DNA of 64,000 nt, taken from Deltaproteobacteria bacterium. Lineage in GTDB: Bacteria; Desulfobacterota; DSM-4660; Desulfatiglandales; HGW-15. This document shows, in pieces, positions 45,518 to 55,543 of the stretch (its first letter is position 1; the number at the start of each line of letters is the position of its first letter). The stretch is taken from contig JAFGFM010000037.1 in assembly GCA_016931115.1 (NCBI GenBank), positions 27 through 64,026 of the forward strand. The letters are read 5' to 3'. The notes beneath the pieces were generated by a model. That model was not told the origin of the DNA and did no database searches. It saw only the letters and a list, made by a program, of their open reading frames with translations. Position numbers and translations under genes: made by a program.

Positions 45518-45682
45518 ATGTTCGAATTTACGCGGATGATGAGACTTCCGCCATATGTTTTTGCCGAGGTAAACACCCTCAAGATGCAACTCAGGCACAA
45601 GGGTGAAGATATTATTGATCTTGGCATTGGGAACACCCAGAGGACAAAACAGGCTATCAGGGGCATAAAACAGGTTTTATAA
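45518..45682 (+). pseudogene. N-terminal remnant of a class I/II aminotransferase (AlaA/AspC-like)
   Basis: [39 protein letters not shown] matches aminotransferase N-termini. After about 38 residues the similarity is lost, and a TAA stop follows at 45680-45682. SD AAGGAGA at 45504-45510. Confidence 0.6.
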
Positions 45683-45713
45683 ACCCTGTTCAATATTAAA
45701 CGGAGATAAAAAA

Positions 45714-47015
45714 ATGAAACAGGTAAATGTTGGCATTATAGGGTTCGGGACTGTAGGTGCCGGGACCGCGGAGATCCTCCTTGAAAACAGGGAGATCATC
45801 AGAAAACGGGTCGGGCTTGATATAGTATTAAAGAGGGTTGCAGACCTTGATCTTGTATCAGACCGCGGCATATCCCTTCCAAAGGGTGTGCTTTCAAATG
45901 ATTCAAACGGGTTATTGAATGACCCTGAGATAGATATTGTGGTTGAACTGATAGGTGGCATGACAACCGCAAAAAGTTTTATCTCCACCGCCCTTAAAAA
46001 CGGAAAGCATGTTGTAACAGCCAATAAGGCGCTTCTTGCGGAACATGGGAGCGAACTGTATGAAATCGCCAAAAAGGCAGGCGTTAATCTTGCCTATGAG
46101 GCGGCTGTTGGCGGCGGCATGCCGGTTATTGGTGCATTAAGGGATGGGCTTGCAGCCAACAATACCCTTAAGATAATCGGCATATTGAACGGCACAAGCA
46201 ATTATATCCTTACCCGTATGTCAAAGGAGGGTCTACCCTATGAGGATGCAGTAAACGGGGCAATAAAACTCGGATACGCAGAGGACCCGCCCACACTTGA
46301 TGTGAACGGTACTGATGCGGCCCACAAGCTTGCCATACTCATCTCACTAGCCTATGGTGTGCCTGCACCCTTCGGGAGCATATACAAAGAAGGCATAGAC
46401 AGGCTCACACCAGAGGATATCCTGTTTGCCGATCAGTTCGGTTACTGCATAAAGCTCCTCACCATTGCACAAAACCTCGGCGATGAGATAGAGGCAAGGG
46501 TTCACCCTGCCATGCTTCCAAAGAACCATATGCTTGCCAACGTCAATGAGGCATTTAATGCGGTCTTTATAGAGGGTGACTATGTAGGCCCCACACTCTA
46601 TTATGGTCAGGGCGCAGGCAGAATGCCCACCGGAAGCGCTGTTGTATCTGACATAATGGCTATTGCAAGAAAGATAAAAAGCAATGCGGATAAAACCTCT
46701 TCTCCTCTTGGGTTTGCCGATTCAGAGGGGCAGACCATAAAGATACAGTCTATAAAGAACCTAAAAACCGCCTACTATTTTAGGTTCATGGCTGTTGATA
46801 AGCCAGGTGTGCTCTCAAAAATATCGGGCATCCTTGGTGAAAGGAATATAAGCATATCATCTGTTATCCAGAAGGGAAGAGATGCTGATGGTGCTGTCCC
46901 GATCGTTATGCTTACCCATGAGGCATATGAACAGGATGTAACAGAGGCCCTGGCAATGCTTGATAAGCTGGATATACTTAAAGACAGGACAATGATGATA
47001 AGGGTGATGGGGTAA
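45714..47015 (+). CDS. hom: Homoserine dehydrogenase
   Basis: 433 aa with a GFGTVGAG NAD-binding motif, a catalytic domain and a C-terminal ACT domain. Confidence 0.9.
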   Translation: MKQVNVGIIGFGTVGAGTAEILLENREIIRKRVGLDIVLKRVADLDLVSDRGISLPKGVLSNDSNGLLNDPEIDIVVELIGGMTTAKSFISTALKNGKHVVTANKALLAEHGSELYEIAKKAGVNLAYEAAVGGGMPVIGALRDGLAANNTLKIIGILNGTSNYILTRMSKEGLPYEDAVNGAIKLGYAEDPPTLDVNGTDAAHKLAILISLAYGVPAPFGSIYKEGIDRLTPEDILFADQFGYCIKLLTIAQNLGDEIEARVHPAMLPKNHMLANVNEAFNAVFIEGDYVGPTLYYGQGAGRMPTGSAVVSDIMAIARKIKSNADKTSSPLGFADSEGQTIKIQSIKNLKTAYYFRFMAVDKPGVLSKISGILGERNISISSVIQKGRDADGAVPIVMLTHEAYEQDVTEALAMLDKLDILKDRTMMIRVMG

Positions 47016-47018
47016 AAA

Positions 47019-47123
47019 ACGGTTTACGGTTTTAGGTGTGCGGTTTACGGAATACGGTTTACGGTTAAAACCCAAAACCTTTTTGCCTTATACCTAAAAC
47101 CGTAGACCGCAGACCGTAAACCC
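47019..47123. repeat. GGTTTACGG-type repeat cluster forming a long imperfect hairpin
   Basis: Three copies of cggtttacgg lie on the left, and the complementary aaaccgtagaccgcagaccgtaaaccc on the right. A related element is at 62746-62803. Confidence 0.7.
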
Positions 47124-47166
47124 TTCTCAAAAATTATTAAATGAATGAAAGTAATAGAAGATAAAA

Positions 47167-48378
47167 ATGGCTTACAATAAAACAAAGTATCTAGTTTTGG
47201 TCGGCGATGGTATGGCTGACTACCCCATTGACGCACTTGGTGGAAAGACCCCCCTTGAGGTGGCCCATACCCCGAACATGGACCTTATTGCCTCATGCCG
47301 CACAGGCTGCGTAAGGACAATCCCTGAAGGTATGGAACCAGGAAGTGATGTAGCAAATCTTGCCCTTATGGGTTATGACCCGTCACTATATCACACAGGT
47401 AGGTCTCCCCTTGAGGCGGCTAGCATGGGTGTTGAGCTTAATAAAGATGATGTAGCATTCAGGATGAATCTTGTCACGCTCAATAAACATTCAGATGATG
47501 AGATAATCATGGTGAGTCACAGTTCAGGGGATATCACTACAGCGGAGTCCACTCAAATAGTAAATGACCTCAAGAGCTGCATGGAATCCAAAGAGATAAG
47601 TATCTACCCCGGGGTTGCATACAGGCACCTGCTTGTCTGGGATAACGGCCCTGAAAAGACCCATACAATACCTCCCCATGATGTGCTTGACCAGAACATG
47701 GCAGAGTATCTAAAAAGCAATGACCCTGTCGTTAAACTTATCAAAAATTCATGGGCATCACTAGAATCACACCCTGTTAATATTCAAAGGAAAAAGTCGG
47801 GATTAAAAGAGGCTAACTCCATCTGGCTCTGGGGACAGGGTAAGGCGCCCGCTATCCCGACATTTAAGGAGCTGTATGGACTTTCAGGTGGGGTTATTTC
47901 CGCAGTAGACCTTATCAAGGGTATAGGAAGATACGCAGGGTTTACACCCATTCAAGTTGAAGGTGCAACAGGTTACCTGAACACCAACTACAGGGGCAAG
48001 GCACAGGGGGCATTGGACGGCCTAAATACAATGGATTTTGTATTTGTCCATGTAGAGGCACCTGATGAGGCGGGCCACAACGGGAATTATAAAGAAAAGA
48101 TAGAGGCCATCGAACGCTTTGATAAAGATGTGGTGGGAGTTGCCATTGAGGGCCTTAAAAAATTTAACGACTACAGGATCATGGTTGTGAGTGACCATTA
48201 CACGCCTGTTATCAAAAAGACCCATACATCTGAACCAGCCCCATTTGCCTGGGCCACCCGAAAGGAGCTTGAGTCACCAAAAGAGGTTAAAGGCTTTTCT
48301 GAAAAAACAGCTGTAAAATCCGGCCTGTTGATAGAACCTGGACACAGGCTCATGGCGCATTTTCTGGGTGCAAAATGA
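47167..48378 (+). CDS. Cofactor-independent phosphoglycerate mutase-like (ApgM/COG3635) protein; candidate homoserine kinase
   Basis: 403 aa with [10 protein letters not shown].. and ..[11 protein letters not shown].. metalloenzyme motifs. It lies immediately after hom. Confidence 0.8.
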   Translation: MAYNKTKYLVLVGDGMADYPIDALGGKTPLEVAHTPNMDLIASCRTGCVRTIPEGMEPGSDVANLALMGYDPSLYHTGRSPLEAASMGVELNKDDVAFRMNLVTLNKHSDDEIIMVSHSSGDITTAESTQIVNDLKSCMESKEISIYPGVAYRHLLVWDNGPEKTHTIPPHDVLDQNMAEYLKSNDPVVKLIKNSWASLESHPVNIQRKKSGLKEANSIWLWGQGKAPAIPTFKELYGLSGGVISAVDLIKGIGRYAGFTPIQVEGATGYLNTNYRGKAQGALDGLNTMDFVFVHVEAPDEAGHNGNYKEKIEAIERFDKDVVGVAIEGLKKFNDYRIMVVSDHYTPVIKKTHTSEPAPFAWATRKELESPKEVKGFSEKTAVKSGLLIEPGHRLMAHFLGAK

Positions 48379-49175
48379 AAAAGGCCCTGACAATCGCCGG
48401 CTCTGACAGTGGCGGCGGGGCAGGTATACAGGCAGACATTAAAACCTTTACCGCCTTCGGTGTCTTTGGCACATCAGCCATAACTGCACTCACCGCACAG
48501 AATACCATTGGTGTACAGGGCATATCAGAGGTTGAGCCAGGGTTCGTAATGCAGCAGATAAAAAGCGTGCTGGATGATATTGGAGCTGACGCTGTAAAGA
48601 CAGGCATGCTTGCAAACCCCGCAATAGTAAAGGCTGTTTCAGATACATTAAGGGAATACAGTATAAAAAATATTGTGGTTGATCCCGTTATGATAGCAAA
48701 AAGCGGTGATGCCCTGCTCTCAAAGGCGGCATGCAACACGGTCATAAAAAAGCTTCTTCCCATAGCCACTGTGGTAACACCCAATATCCACGAGGCAGAG
48801 GCAATGGTTGGTATCAGGATAGAGAGTATTGATGATATGAAAAAAGCAGGCGTAATGATAAAAGAAATGGGGTGCGGTTTTGTAGTTATAAAGGGCGGGC
48901 ACATGGAAGGAAAAGATCCGATGGCAACAGATGTGGTCTTTAATGGCAAAGAGCATCTTCTGCTTTCAGAAAAACGCTATGAGACCATGAGCTGTCACGG
49001 TACAGGTTGCACATTTTCAGCGGCTATAGCCGCAGGGCTTGCAAAGGGATATCCTGTTATCAAGGCCATAGAGCAGGCAAAGGCATTTATAACAGCGGCT
49101 ATCAGAGACAGTTTCAAAATCGGTAATGGCCACGGCCCAACCAACCATTTTACAGGCATGAAGACGGGGTGGTAA
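48375..49175 (+). CDS. thiD: Hydroxymethylpyrimidine/phosphomethylpyrimidine kinase
   Basis: [17 protein letters not shown] and full-length ThiD pattern. Confidence 0.9.
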   Translation: MKKALTIAGSDSGGGAGIQADIKTFTAFGVFGTSAITALTAQNTIGVQGISEVEPGFVMQQIKSVLDDIGADAVKTGMLANPAIVKAVSDTLREYSIKNIVVDPVMIAKSGDALLSKAACNTVIKKLLPIATVVTPNIHEAEAMVGIRIESIDDMKKAGVMIKEMGCGFVVIKGGHMEGKDPMATDVVFNGKEHLLLSEKRYETMSCHGTGCTFSAAIAAGLAKGYPVIKAIEQAKAFITAAIRDSFKIGNGHGPTNHFTGMKTGW

Positions 49176-49177
49176 AA

Positions 49178-49648
49178 ATGATCATTTCGCTTATGGCCGC
49201 AAGGTCAGCAAATAATGTAATAGGAAACAATGCGGATATACCCTGGAAGGCAGAGGGGGAGCAGCTCCTCTTTAAGGCCATGACATACAACCACTGGATA
49301 CTTGTGGGGAGAAAGACGTATGAGGCAATGGGGAGGCTCCCAAACAGAAAATATGCCGTCATTTCCGGCTCATGTGAAGAAAAAACAGGCGAAGATCTAT
49401 GTTTCTTTAAAACAATAGATAACGCGCTGAAATACCTTTCAAATGTTACAGACCTTGTAGTTGTCTCAGGTGGTGGACAGATCTATGCTGGCATGATATC
49501 AAAGGTGGATGTTATACACCTCTCTGTTATCCACTGTGAGGTAAAGGGTAATGTATTCTTCCCTGATATTCCAAAAGGATTCAAGATGGTATTCTCGCAG
49601 GATTTCAAATCAAATATTGATTATACATATCAGATATGGACAAAGTAA
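49178..49648 (+). CDS. folA: Dihydrofolate reductase, DfrA-like
   Basis: IPWKAEGEQLLFKAMTYNHWILVGRKTYEAMGRLPNRKYAV ... SQDFKSNIDYTYQIW. I prefer the start at ATG 49178. Confidence 0.85.
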   Translation: MIISLMAARSANNVIGNNADIPWKAEGEQLLFKAMTYNHWILVGRKTYEAMGRLPNRKYAVISGSCEEKTGEDLCFFKTIDNALKYLSNVTDLVVVSGGGQIYAGMISKVDVIHLSVIHCEVKGNVFFPDIPKGFKMVFSQDFKSNIDYTYQIWTK

Positions 49649-49670
49649 TTAAAGCGGCTCAGAGGCTTAA

Positions 49671-50111
49671 ATGAGTGAAACTCAACGAATGGATATACCG
49701 ATAGAAAAGGCAGCATCAAAAAATCTCAAGCGTGCCTATAACATCATGCATGTAGGCACAAACAGGCTTTTTAAAAATACCGATATAACCGTGGCACAGT
49801 TTGACCTTATGGAGACCATTATGCTCTCTAAAGACCAGGCGCTCTCCATACAGGATCTTACAGAAAAAACAGTATGCCTTCAGCCCAATATAACAAGGAT
49901 GGTTGCCGAGCTTGAAGGCGCAGGTCTGGTGATGCGCAAAAGCGGAACAGACCGCAGGATAGTAATGGTCCAGCTTACCCCAAAAGGGGCGGAGGCGGTT
50001 GCGGCGATACAAAAACCCCTGTTTGAATTCCATCTCTCTCAATATAAGAATTTAACAACAGAAGAACTTCATCTTTTAAATGATCTGCTTGAAAAATTAG
50101 TACAGCCCTGA
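49671..50111 (+). CDS. MarR-family transcriptional regulator
   Basis: 146 aa with a winged HTH (..ALSIQDLTEKTVCLQPNITRMVAELEGAGLVMRK..DRR..). Confidence 0.85.
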   Translation: MSETQRMDIPIEKAASKNLKRAYNIMHVGTNRLFKNTDITVAQFDLMETIMLSKDQALSIQDLTEKTVCLQPNITRMVAELEGAGLVMRKSGTDRRIVMVQLTPKGAEAVAAIQKPLFEFHLSQYKNLTTEELHLLNDLLEKLVQP

Positions 50112-50264
50112 CTGTGTAACAATATCAATACGTTATATCTTTTTAACACAATTAAATTGACACCACTAGTGCCTCTCAATTAAGATTTACCAATTCCGAA
50201 CTTCGATAATGTCCGGGCATAATAAATTCTTTTAAAATCAACAAGATATAGACGGAGGGCATCA

Positions 50265-50747
50265 ATGAAAGAACAATCTAATACATCCTTTACCCTATCA
50301 CCGGCAGTGCTGGAATATATCGATAAATGGAAGGATAAACCCGGCAATCTCATTATGACGCTTCACAAGGTACAGGAAGAATACGGGTATGTCCCCAGAA
50401 GCGCCGCACTTCAGCTCACTGAACTTCTTGATATACCTCTGGCAAAGATATACGGGGTGCTGACCTTTTATCACCTGTTCAAACTTAAAAAACCGGGGAA
50501 ATATCTAATACAGGTCTGCATCGGCACTGCATGCTATCTTAATGGAGGGGAGGATATCCTGCAGGAGCTGGAACATATCCTGGGCATAGGCGTTAATCAG
50601 ACAACACCCGATGAACTCTTTTCAATAGAGGCAGTACGCTGTATAGGCTGCTGCGGTCTTTCACCTGTCATGAATATAAATGGTGAAATATTCGGTAAAT
50701 TGAAAAAGGAAGATCTTGCAAAGATCATTGCACAATATACAAAATAA
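50265..50747 (+). CDS. hndA: [FeFe]-hydrogenase diaphorase subunit, NuoE-like [2Fe-2S] (HndA)
   Basis: 160 aa with Cys ligands in CIGTAC ... CIGCCGLSP. Confidence 0.85.
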   Translation: MKEQSNTSFTLSPAVLEYIDKWKDKPGNLIMTLHKVQEEYGYVPRSAALQLTELLDIPLAKIYGVLTFYHLFKLKKPGKYLIQVCIGTACYLNGGEDILQELEHILGIGVNQTTPDELFSIEAVRCIGCCGLSPVMNINGEIFGKLKKEDLAKIIAQYTK

Positions 50748-50764
50748 CTCTCCCGGAGGGAATC

Positions 50765-51145
50765 ATGTCAAAACTGAACAGAGAACAATTCAGAAGCCTG
50801 AGAGAAAAACTGAAGGCAGTAAATGAACAGCAAACCGAAATCATAGTGGGCCTGGGGTCATGCGGTATAGCTGCCGGTGCAGCCAGGACTTTTGATGCCT
50901 TTCAGAAGGAGATAAAGGCAAAAAGCCTTACAGGGGTGGTACTTCGCAGGACCGGGTGCATGGGGCTTTGTGCATCCGAACCTACAGTAGAGATAAAGGT
51001 CCCCGGTATGGCAGATATTATCTATGGATGGGTAACCCCCGAAGTAGCCCGTGATATCGTACAGAAACATGTAATGAGACAGATACTTGTCAGCAACTGT
51101 ATACAGGACAAGACCTTTAAGGATATTTTAAAGGAAGGAGAATAG
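50765..51145 (+). CDS. hndB: Thioredoxin-like [2Fe-2S] ferredoxin subunit (HndB)
   Basis: 126 aa with GLGSCGIAAG ... GCMGLCASEP. Confidence 0.75.
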   Translation: MSKLNREQFRSLREKLKAVNEQQTEIIVGLGSCGIAAGAARTFDAFQKEIKAKSLTGVVLRRTGCMGLCASEPTVEIKVPGMADIIYGWVTPEVARDIVQKHVMRQILVSNCIQDKTFKDILKEGE

Positions 51146-51151
51146 CGTAAA

Positions 51152-52900
51152 ATGTCATTCAATAGATATATTCTAATATACCGTGAGTCGGATGCAGGCG
51201 TTGACAAGAATGAAAATCTGTTTGATGCCTTTATGAAGGAGCTGGGTGAAAAAGATCCTTCCAACTCCGTTCAGGTGGTTGACGCAGTCATGAACGGCAA
51301 GGCTGATCCGGACAGCACCCTTGTAAAGATCATACCGGATAACATCTATTTTAAATGTAAAGATCCAGTTGATGCTATAAAAATAGTTGATGATTTCATA
51401 ATCAAAAACAACCCGGTTAAAAAGCTTGAGGCCGCAGCAAATAATATTCAGTACAGGATAGTACTGAGGAATTGCGGGGTGATCGACCCGGAAAACATAA
51501 ATGAGTATATTGCCAGAGAAGGGTATTCTGCCCTTGAAAAGGTGTTATTTGATATGACACCCGATGAAGTAATAGCCGAGATAAAAAAATCAGGTCTCAG
51601 GGGCCGCGGCGGGGCAGGTTTTCCAACTGGCAATAAATGGGCCTTTACCCAGCAGGCGGTTGGAGATGTCAAATATGTTGTCTGCAATGCTGATGAAGGC
51701 GACCCAGGGGCATATATGGACAGGAGCACACTTGAAGGAGACCCCAATTCCATAATTGAGGCAATGGCGATCGCAGGCTATGCGGTAGGGGCCAGCAAAG
51801 GTTATATATATATACGCGCCGAGTACCCCCTTGCCATAAAACGGCTTGAGATAGCCATCAGCCAGGCAACCGAAATGGGGCTTATGGGCAAAAATATCAT
51901 GGGAAGCGATTTCAGCTTTGAAATAGAGATCCGCTACGGGGCAGGCGCCTTTGTGTGCGGCGAAGAAACGGCCCTTCTCGCTTCTCTTCAGGGAGAGAGG
52001 GGCATGCCAAAACCAAGGCCGCCTTTCCCGGCAGTAAAAGGACTGTGGGGTAAACCGACAGTAATTAACAATGTTGAAACCCTTGCAAATATTCCGGTTA
52101 TCATTATAAAAGGCAGTGACTGGTTCAACAGAATAGGAACCGAGAAATCAAAGGGCACAAAGGTCTTTGCTGTAACCGGAAAGGTGAAAAATTCAGGACT
52201 GGTTGAAGTGCCTATGGGTACGACCTTAAGGGATATCATCTTTACAGTAAGCGGCGGCATAGGAAATAACAGAAAATTCAAGGCGGTGCAGACCGGGGGG
52301 CCATCCGGAGGGGTTATCCCTGAAAAATTCCTTGATACGCCTATAGATTATGAAAATCTTGTAGCGCTTGGCTCCATGATGGGGTCTGGCGGTATGATCG
52401 TCATGGATGAGGATGACTGCATGGTGGATGTCAACAAGTTCTACCTCCAGTTTTCAGTGGATGAGTCATGCGGGAAATGCGCACCGTGCAGGCTCGGAGG
52501 CAGACAGCTCCTCACCTACTTACAGGACATTGCAAAGGGAAATGGCGATCTTAAGGATATTGACAAGATGAAACGCATAGGCAATGCCATGCAGAAGGCA
52601 TCCCTGTGCGGTCTTGGCCAGACCACAAGCAATCCCATACAATCCGCATTGAAATATTTTTATGATGAGTATGAAGAACATATTGTACATAAAAAATGCA
52701 GGGCAGGTAAATGCCTTGAATTGCTGACCTATACCATCAACCCTGAAAAATGCTCCAGATGCGGCATATGCAAAAGGGTCTGCCCGGCATCGGCTATAAG
52801 CGGAGACAGGGAATCAGGGTTTGCTATTGACAACGCCGTCTGTATCAAATGCGGCGAATGTTACAACAGATGTAAATTTGACGCAATAGACAGGGGATAA
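51152..52900 (+). CDS. hndC: NuoF-like FMN/NAD(P)H-binding subunit with C-terminal 2x[4Fe-4S] (HndC)
   Basis: [20 protein letters not shown] and a C-terminal [12 protein letters not shown] / [11 protein letters not shown]. Confidence 0.9.
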   Translation: MSFNRYILIYRESDAGVDKNENLFDAFMKELGEKDPSNSVQVVDAVMNGKADPDSTLVKIIPDNIYFKCKDPVDAIKIVDDFIIKNNPVKKLEAAANNIQYRIVLRNCGVIDPENINEYIAREGYSALEKVLFDMTPDEVIAEIKKSGLRGRGGAGFPTGNKWAFTQQAVGDVKYVVCNADEGDPGAYMDRSTLEGDPNSIIEAMAIAGYAVGASKGYIYIRAEYPLAIKRLEIAISQATEMGLMGKNIMGSDFSFEIEIRYGAGAFVCGEETALLASLQGERGMPKPRPPFPAVKGLWGKPTVINNVETLANIPVIIIKGSDWFNRIGTEKSKGTKVFAVTGKVKNSGLVEVPMGTTLRDIIFTVSGGIGNNRKFKAVQTGGPSGGVIPEKFLDTPIDYENLVALGSMMGSGGMIVMDEDDCMVDVNKFYLQFSVDESCGKCAPCRLGGRQLLTYLQDIAKGNGDLKDIDKMKRIGNAMQKASLCGLGQTTSNPIQSALKYFYDEYEEHIVHKKCRAGKCLELLTYTINPEKCSRCGICKRVCPASAISGDRESGFAIDNAVCIKCGECYNRCKFDAIDRG

Positions 52901-52903
52901 GTT

Positions 52904-54661
52904 ATGACCGAGACAAAAATGATCAAGGCAAAAATCAATGATATACCGGTAGAGGTGCCCGCAGGAACAACAATCCTTGATGCAGCACGGAAGATTCATG
53001 TAAATATACCGACACTGTGCAAGCATCCTGACCTTAATGCTACTGCCGGCTGCGGCATATGCATAGTCAAGGTAAAGGGCTCTAACAAGCTTTTAAGGTC
53101 ATGCTGTACTGACATCAGTGAGGGCATGGAGGTCACCACCCATGATTCGGAGATAATACAGGTCAGGAAGACCGTACTTGAACTGATCCTCTCAAACCAT
53201 CCGGATGACTGCCTCCATTGTGGAAGAAACACAAATTGTGAACTGCAAAACCTTGCCGCTCATTTTGTAATCAGGGGGGTACCATTTCACACCTATAAGA
53301 ATTCACTGCCAAAGGATTTTTCAACGGGTAATATTGTTCTTGTTCCCAATAAATGTATCCTCTGCGGCCGGTGTGTGGATGTGTGCCAGAATATACAGAA
53401 TGTCTGGGCACTCAACTTTGTCGGGCGCGGCATCTCCACCAGGATAGCCCCGGCAGGAGATATATTACTTGCAGATTCTCCATGTGTGAGATGCGGACAG
53501 TGTGCTGCACACTGCCCAACCGGCGCTATAGTTGAGTATGATAACACCTATGATGTATGGCATGCCCTGCATGACAAGGATAAATACTGTATTGTACAGA
53601 TCGCACCGGCTGTCAGGGTGGCAATAGGTGAGGCATTCGGATATGAACCTGGCGAACTTCTTACCAACAAGCTCTATGCTGTATTGAAAAAGCTGGGTTT
53701 TAAGACCGTGTTTGATACCAACTTCAGCGCAGATGTAACAATAATCGAAGAGGCCACCGAATTTGTAAGCAGATTTACAACAGGCGGCACACTGCCCCTT
53801 ATCACCTCCTGCTGCCCTTCATGGGTAGACTTTATGGAAAAGTATCAGATTGATATGATAGACCATTTCTCTACATGCAAGTCACCCCAGCAGATGATGG
53901 GCGCACTCACAAAGACATATTTTGCAGAAAAGGAGGGCATTGATCCCAAAAAGATCTTCATGGTCTCAATCATGCCCTGTACCGCAAAAAAATATGAGAT
54001 ATCAAGAACAAAGGATATGTCAGCATCAGGCATCCAGGATACCGATGCAGTGCTCACGACCAGGGAGCTTTCAAGGATGATTAAACAGTCCGGTATAGAT
54101 TTCAAGAACCTGCCCGGAGATGACCCGGATCATATCATGGGAGACTATTCCGGCGCAGGAACAATCTTTGCGGCCACTGGCGGCGTTATGGAGGCGGCCA
54201 TAAGAACCGCATACCATTATGTTACAGGCGAAAACCTCAAGGATGTAAATGTTGAGGCTGTCCGTGGTCTCAAGGGGGTAAAGGAGGGTGTCATTGATAT
54301 CAAGGGCACAAAGGTAAAGGTGGCTGTTGCCCACGGACTTGGCAATGTGGAATATGTGTTAAACAAGGTTAAAGAGGCAAAATTAAAAGGCGAAGAACCA
54401 CCATATCATTTTATAGAGGTCATGGCCTGCCCGGGAGGATGCGTTGGCGGAGGGGGGCAGCCCTATGGTGTTACAGACTATTTAAGGACCGAGAGGGCAG
54501 CGGGTATCTATAAGGATGATGTAGACCAGGAGATAAGGTGTTCACATGATAACCCCATGATCAAGAAGCTGTATCAGGAGTACCTGGGTGAACCGGGCAG
54601 TAAAAAGGCGCACCATCTGCTGCACACCCATTATGAGCCAAAGCCTGTTTATATAAAGTAG
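52904..54661 (+). CDS. hndD: [FeFe] hydrogenase catalytic subunit (HndD/HydA)
   Basis: All three H-cluster motifs are present: TSCCPSW, MPCTAKKYE and EVMACPGGCVGGGGQP. There are also N-terminal 2Fe-2S and 4Fe-4S domains. Confidence 0.92.
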   Translation: MTETKMIKAKINDIPVEVPAGTTILDAARKIHVNIPTLCKHPDLNATAGCGICIVKVKGSNKLLRSCCTDISEGMEVTTHDSEIIQVRKTVLELILSNHPDDCLHCGRNTNCELQNLAAHFVIRGVPFHTYKNSLPKDFSTGNIVLVPNKCILCGRCVDVCQNIQNVWALNFVGRGISTRIAPAGDILLADSPCVRCGQCAAHCPTGAIVEYDNTYDVWHALHDKDKYCIVQIAPAVRVAIGEAFGYEPGELLTNKLYAVLKKLGFKTVFDTNFSADVTIIEEATEFVSRFTTGGTLPLITSCCPSWVDFMEKYQIDMIDHFSTCKSPQQMMGALTKTYFAEKEGIDPKKIFMVSIMPCTAKKYEISRTKDMSASGIQDTDAVLTTRELSRMIKQSGIDFKNLPGDDPDHIMGDYSGAGTIFAATGGVMEAAIRTAYHYVTGENLKDVNVEAVRGLKGVKEGVIDIKGTKVKVAVAHGLGNVEYVLNKVKEAKLKGEEPPYHFIEVMACPGGCVGGGGQPYGVTDYLRTERAAGIYKDDVDQEIRCSHDNPMIKKLYQEYLGEPGSKKAHHLLHTHYEPKPVYIK

Positions 54662-54681
54662 TATTAGATTCATATTCAGAT

Positions 54682-54726
54682 AAAAAAAGTGGGGCTGCTT
54701 TTAAAAAAAGCAGCCCCACTTTTTTA
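54682..54726. terminator. Bidirectional rho-independent terminator
   Basis: An A-run, then stem AGTGGGGCTGC / GCAGCCCCACT, then a T-run, placed between convergent hndD and the cyclase gene. Confidence 0.85.
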
Positions 54727-54737
54727 TTTGCTTAAAT

Positions 54738-55520
54738 CTATTTACCTGTCTCAAAGCGGAACTTTTGATCAGGGTCAACAATGGCGAGCACCCTTACAAC
54801 AGAACCGTCGCCACCGGGCCAGCGCCAGGGTAATGCCATAAAGAAGCATCTCTTACCTGTTACCTTATCAAGGTCGCCGCCTATATTTTCTATACCCGGT
54901 ATACCGCCCTTGACCATAAGTGTCTTGTGACCGGCCTCCCAGTCAGGGAAATCAACTTTCGGGTCCCTGCCATATTCCTTTTTCCACTCCTCTATAAGGT
55001 GAGGTTGCGTTGGGCCAAGACCGTGATCCACAAGCTTTGTAGCAATTGGGTGGTCGTTTGCCTGGTGGCCGTAACCTACCAGTTTGATCTTTTTATCAAC
55101 AAGCCACTGGGCACCTTCACGATATATGCCGCAGCCATATGCAAAGTATTCGTCAGTATCGGCCCATTTGTGATGAAAACCGGTATTGATCATTACAATA
55201 TCACCCTCCTGTATCTTCGGGCGTGCATTTTCAAGATCCTCTGGTGTGATAACACCCCACTTGCCTTTGGGTATAGAGACTGCCACACCTGTGCCGCAGA
55301 GCCGCCACAGAGGGTAATCGTTGATGCTGGGTGTATTTTCGGTTACATGAATAGGCGCATCCATATGGGTGCAGCGATGCATGATACCCTCCCATCTTAC
55401 TTCATACAGACCGTCCTTGGCATGGAATTTATTTACCGACACATTAACACTTGGGGTCGATGGCCATTCAGGCATGAATTGATGGAACGGATGACTCAAA
55501 TTATATATTTCAAGGCTCAT
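54738..55520 (-). CDS. Cyclase-family (kynurenine formamidase/isatin hydrolase-like) protein
   Basis: 260 aa with HRCTHMDAPIH (HxGTHxDxPxH-type motif). Confidence 0.8.
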   Translation of the reverse strand: MSLEIYNLSHPFHQFMPEWPSTPSVNVSVNKFHAKDGLYEVRWEGIMHRCTHMDAPIHVTENTPSINDYPLWRLCGTGVAVSIPKGKWGVITPEDLENARPKIQEGDIVMINTGFHHKWADTDEYFAYGCGIYREGAQWLVDKKIKLVGYGHQANDHPIATKLVDHGLGPTQPHLIEEWKKEYGRDPKVDFPDWEAGHKTLMVKGGIPGIENIGGDLDKVTGKRCFFMALPWRWPGGDGSVVRVLAIVDPDQKFRFETGK

Positions 55521-55543
55521 TATATCCTTCCTTTCCTTTAAGA

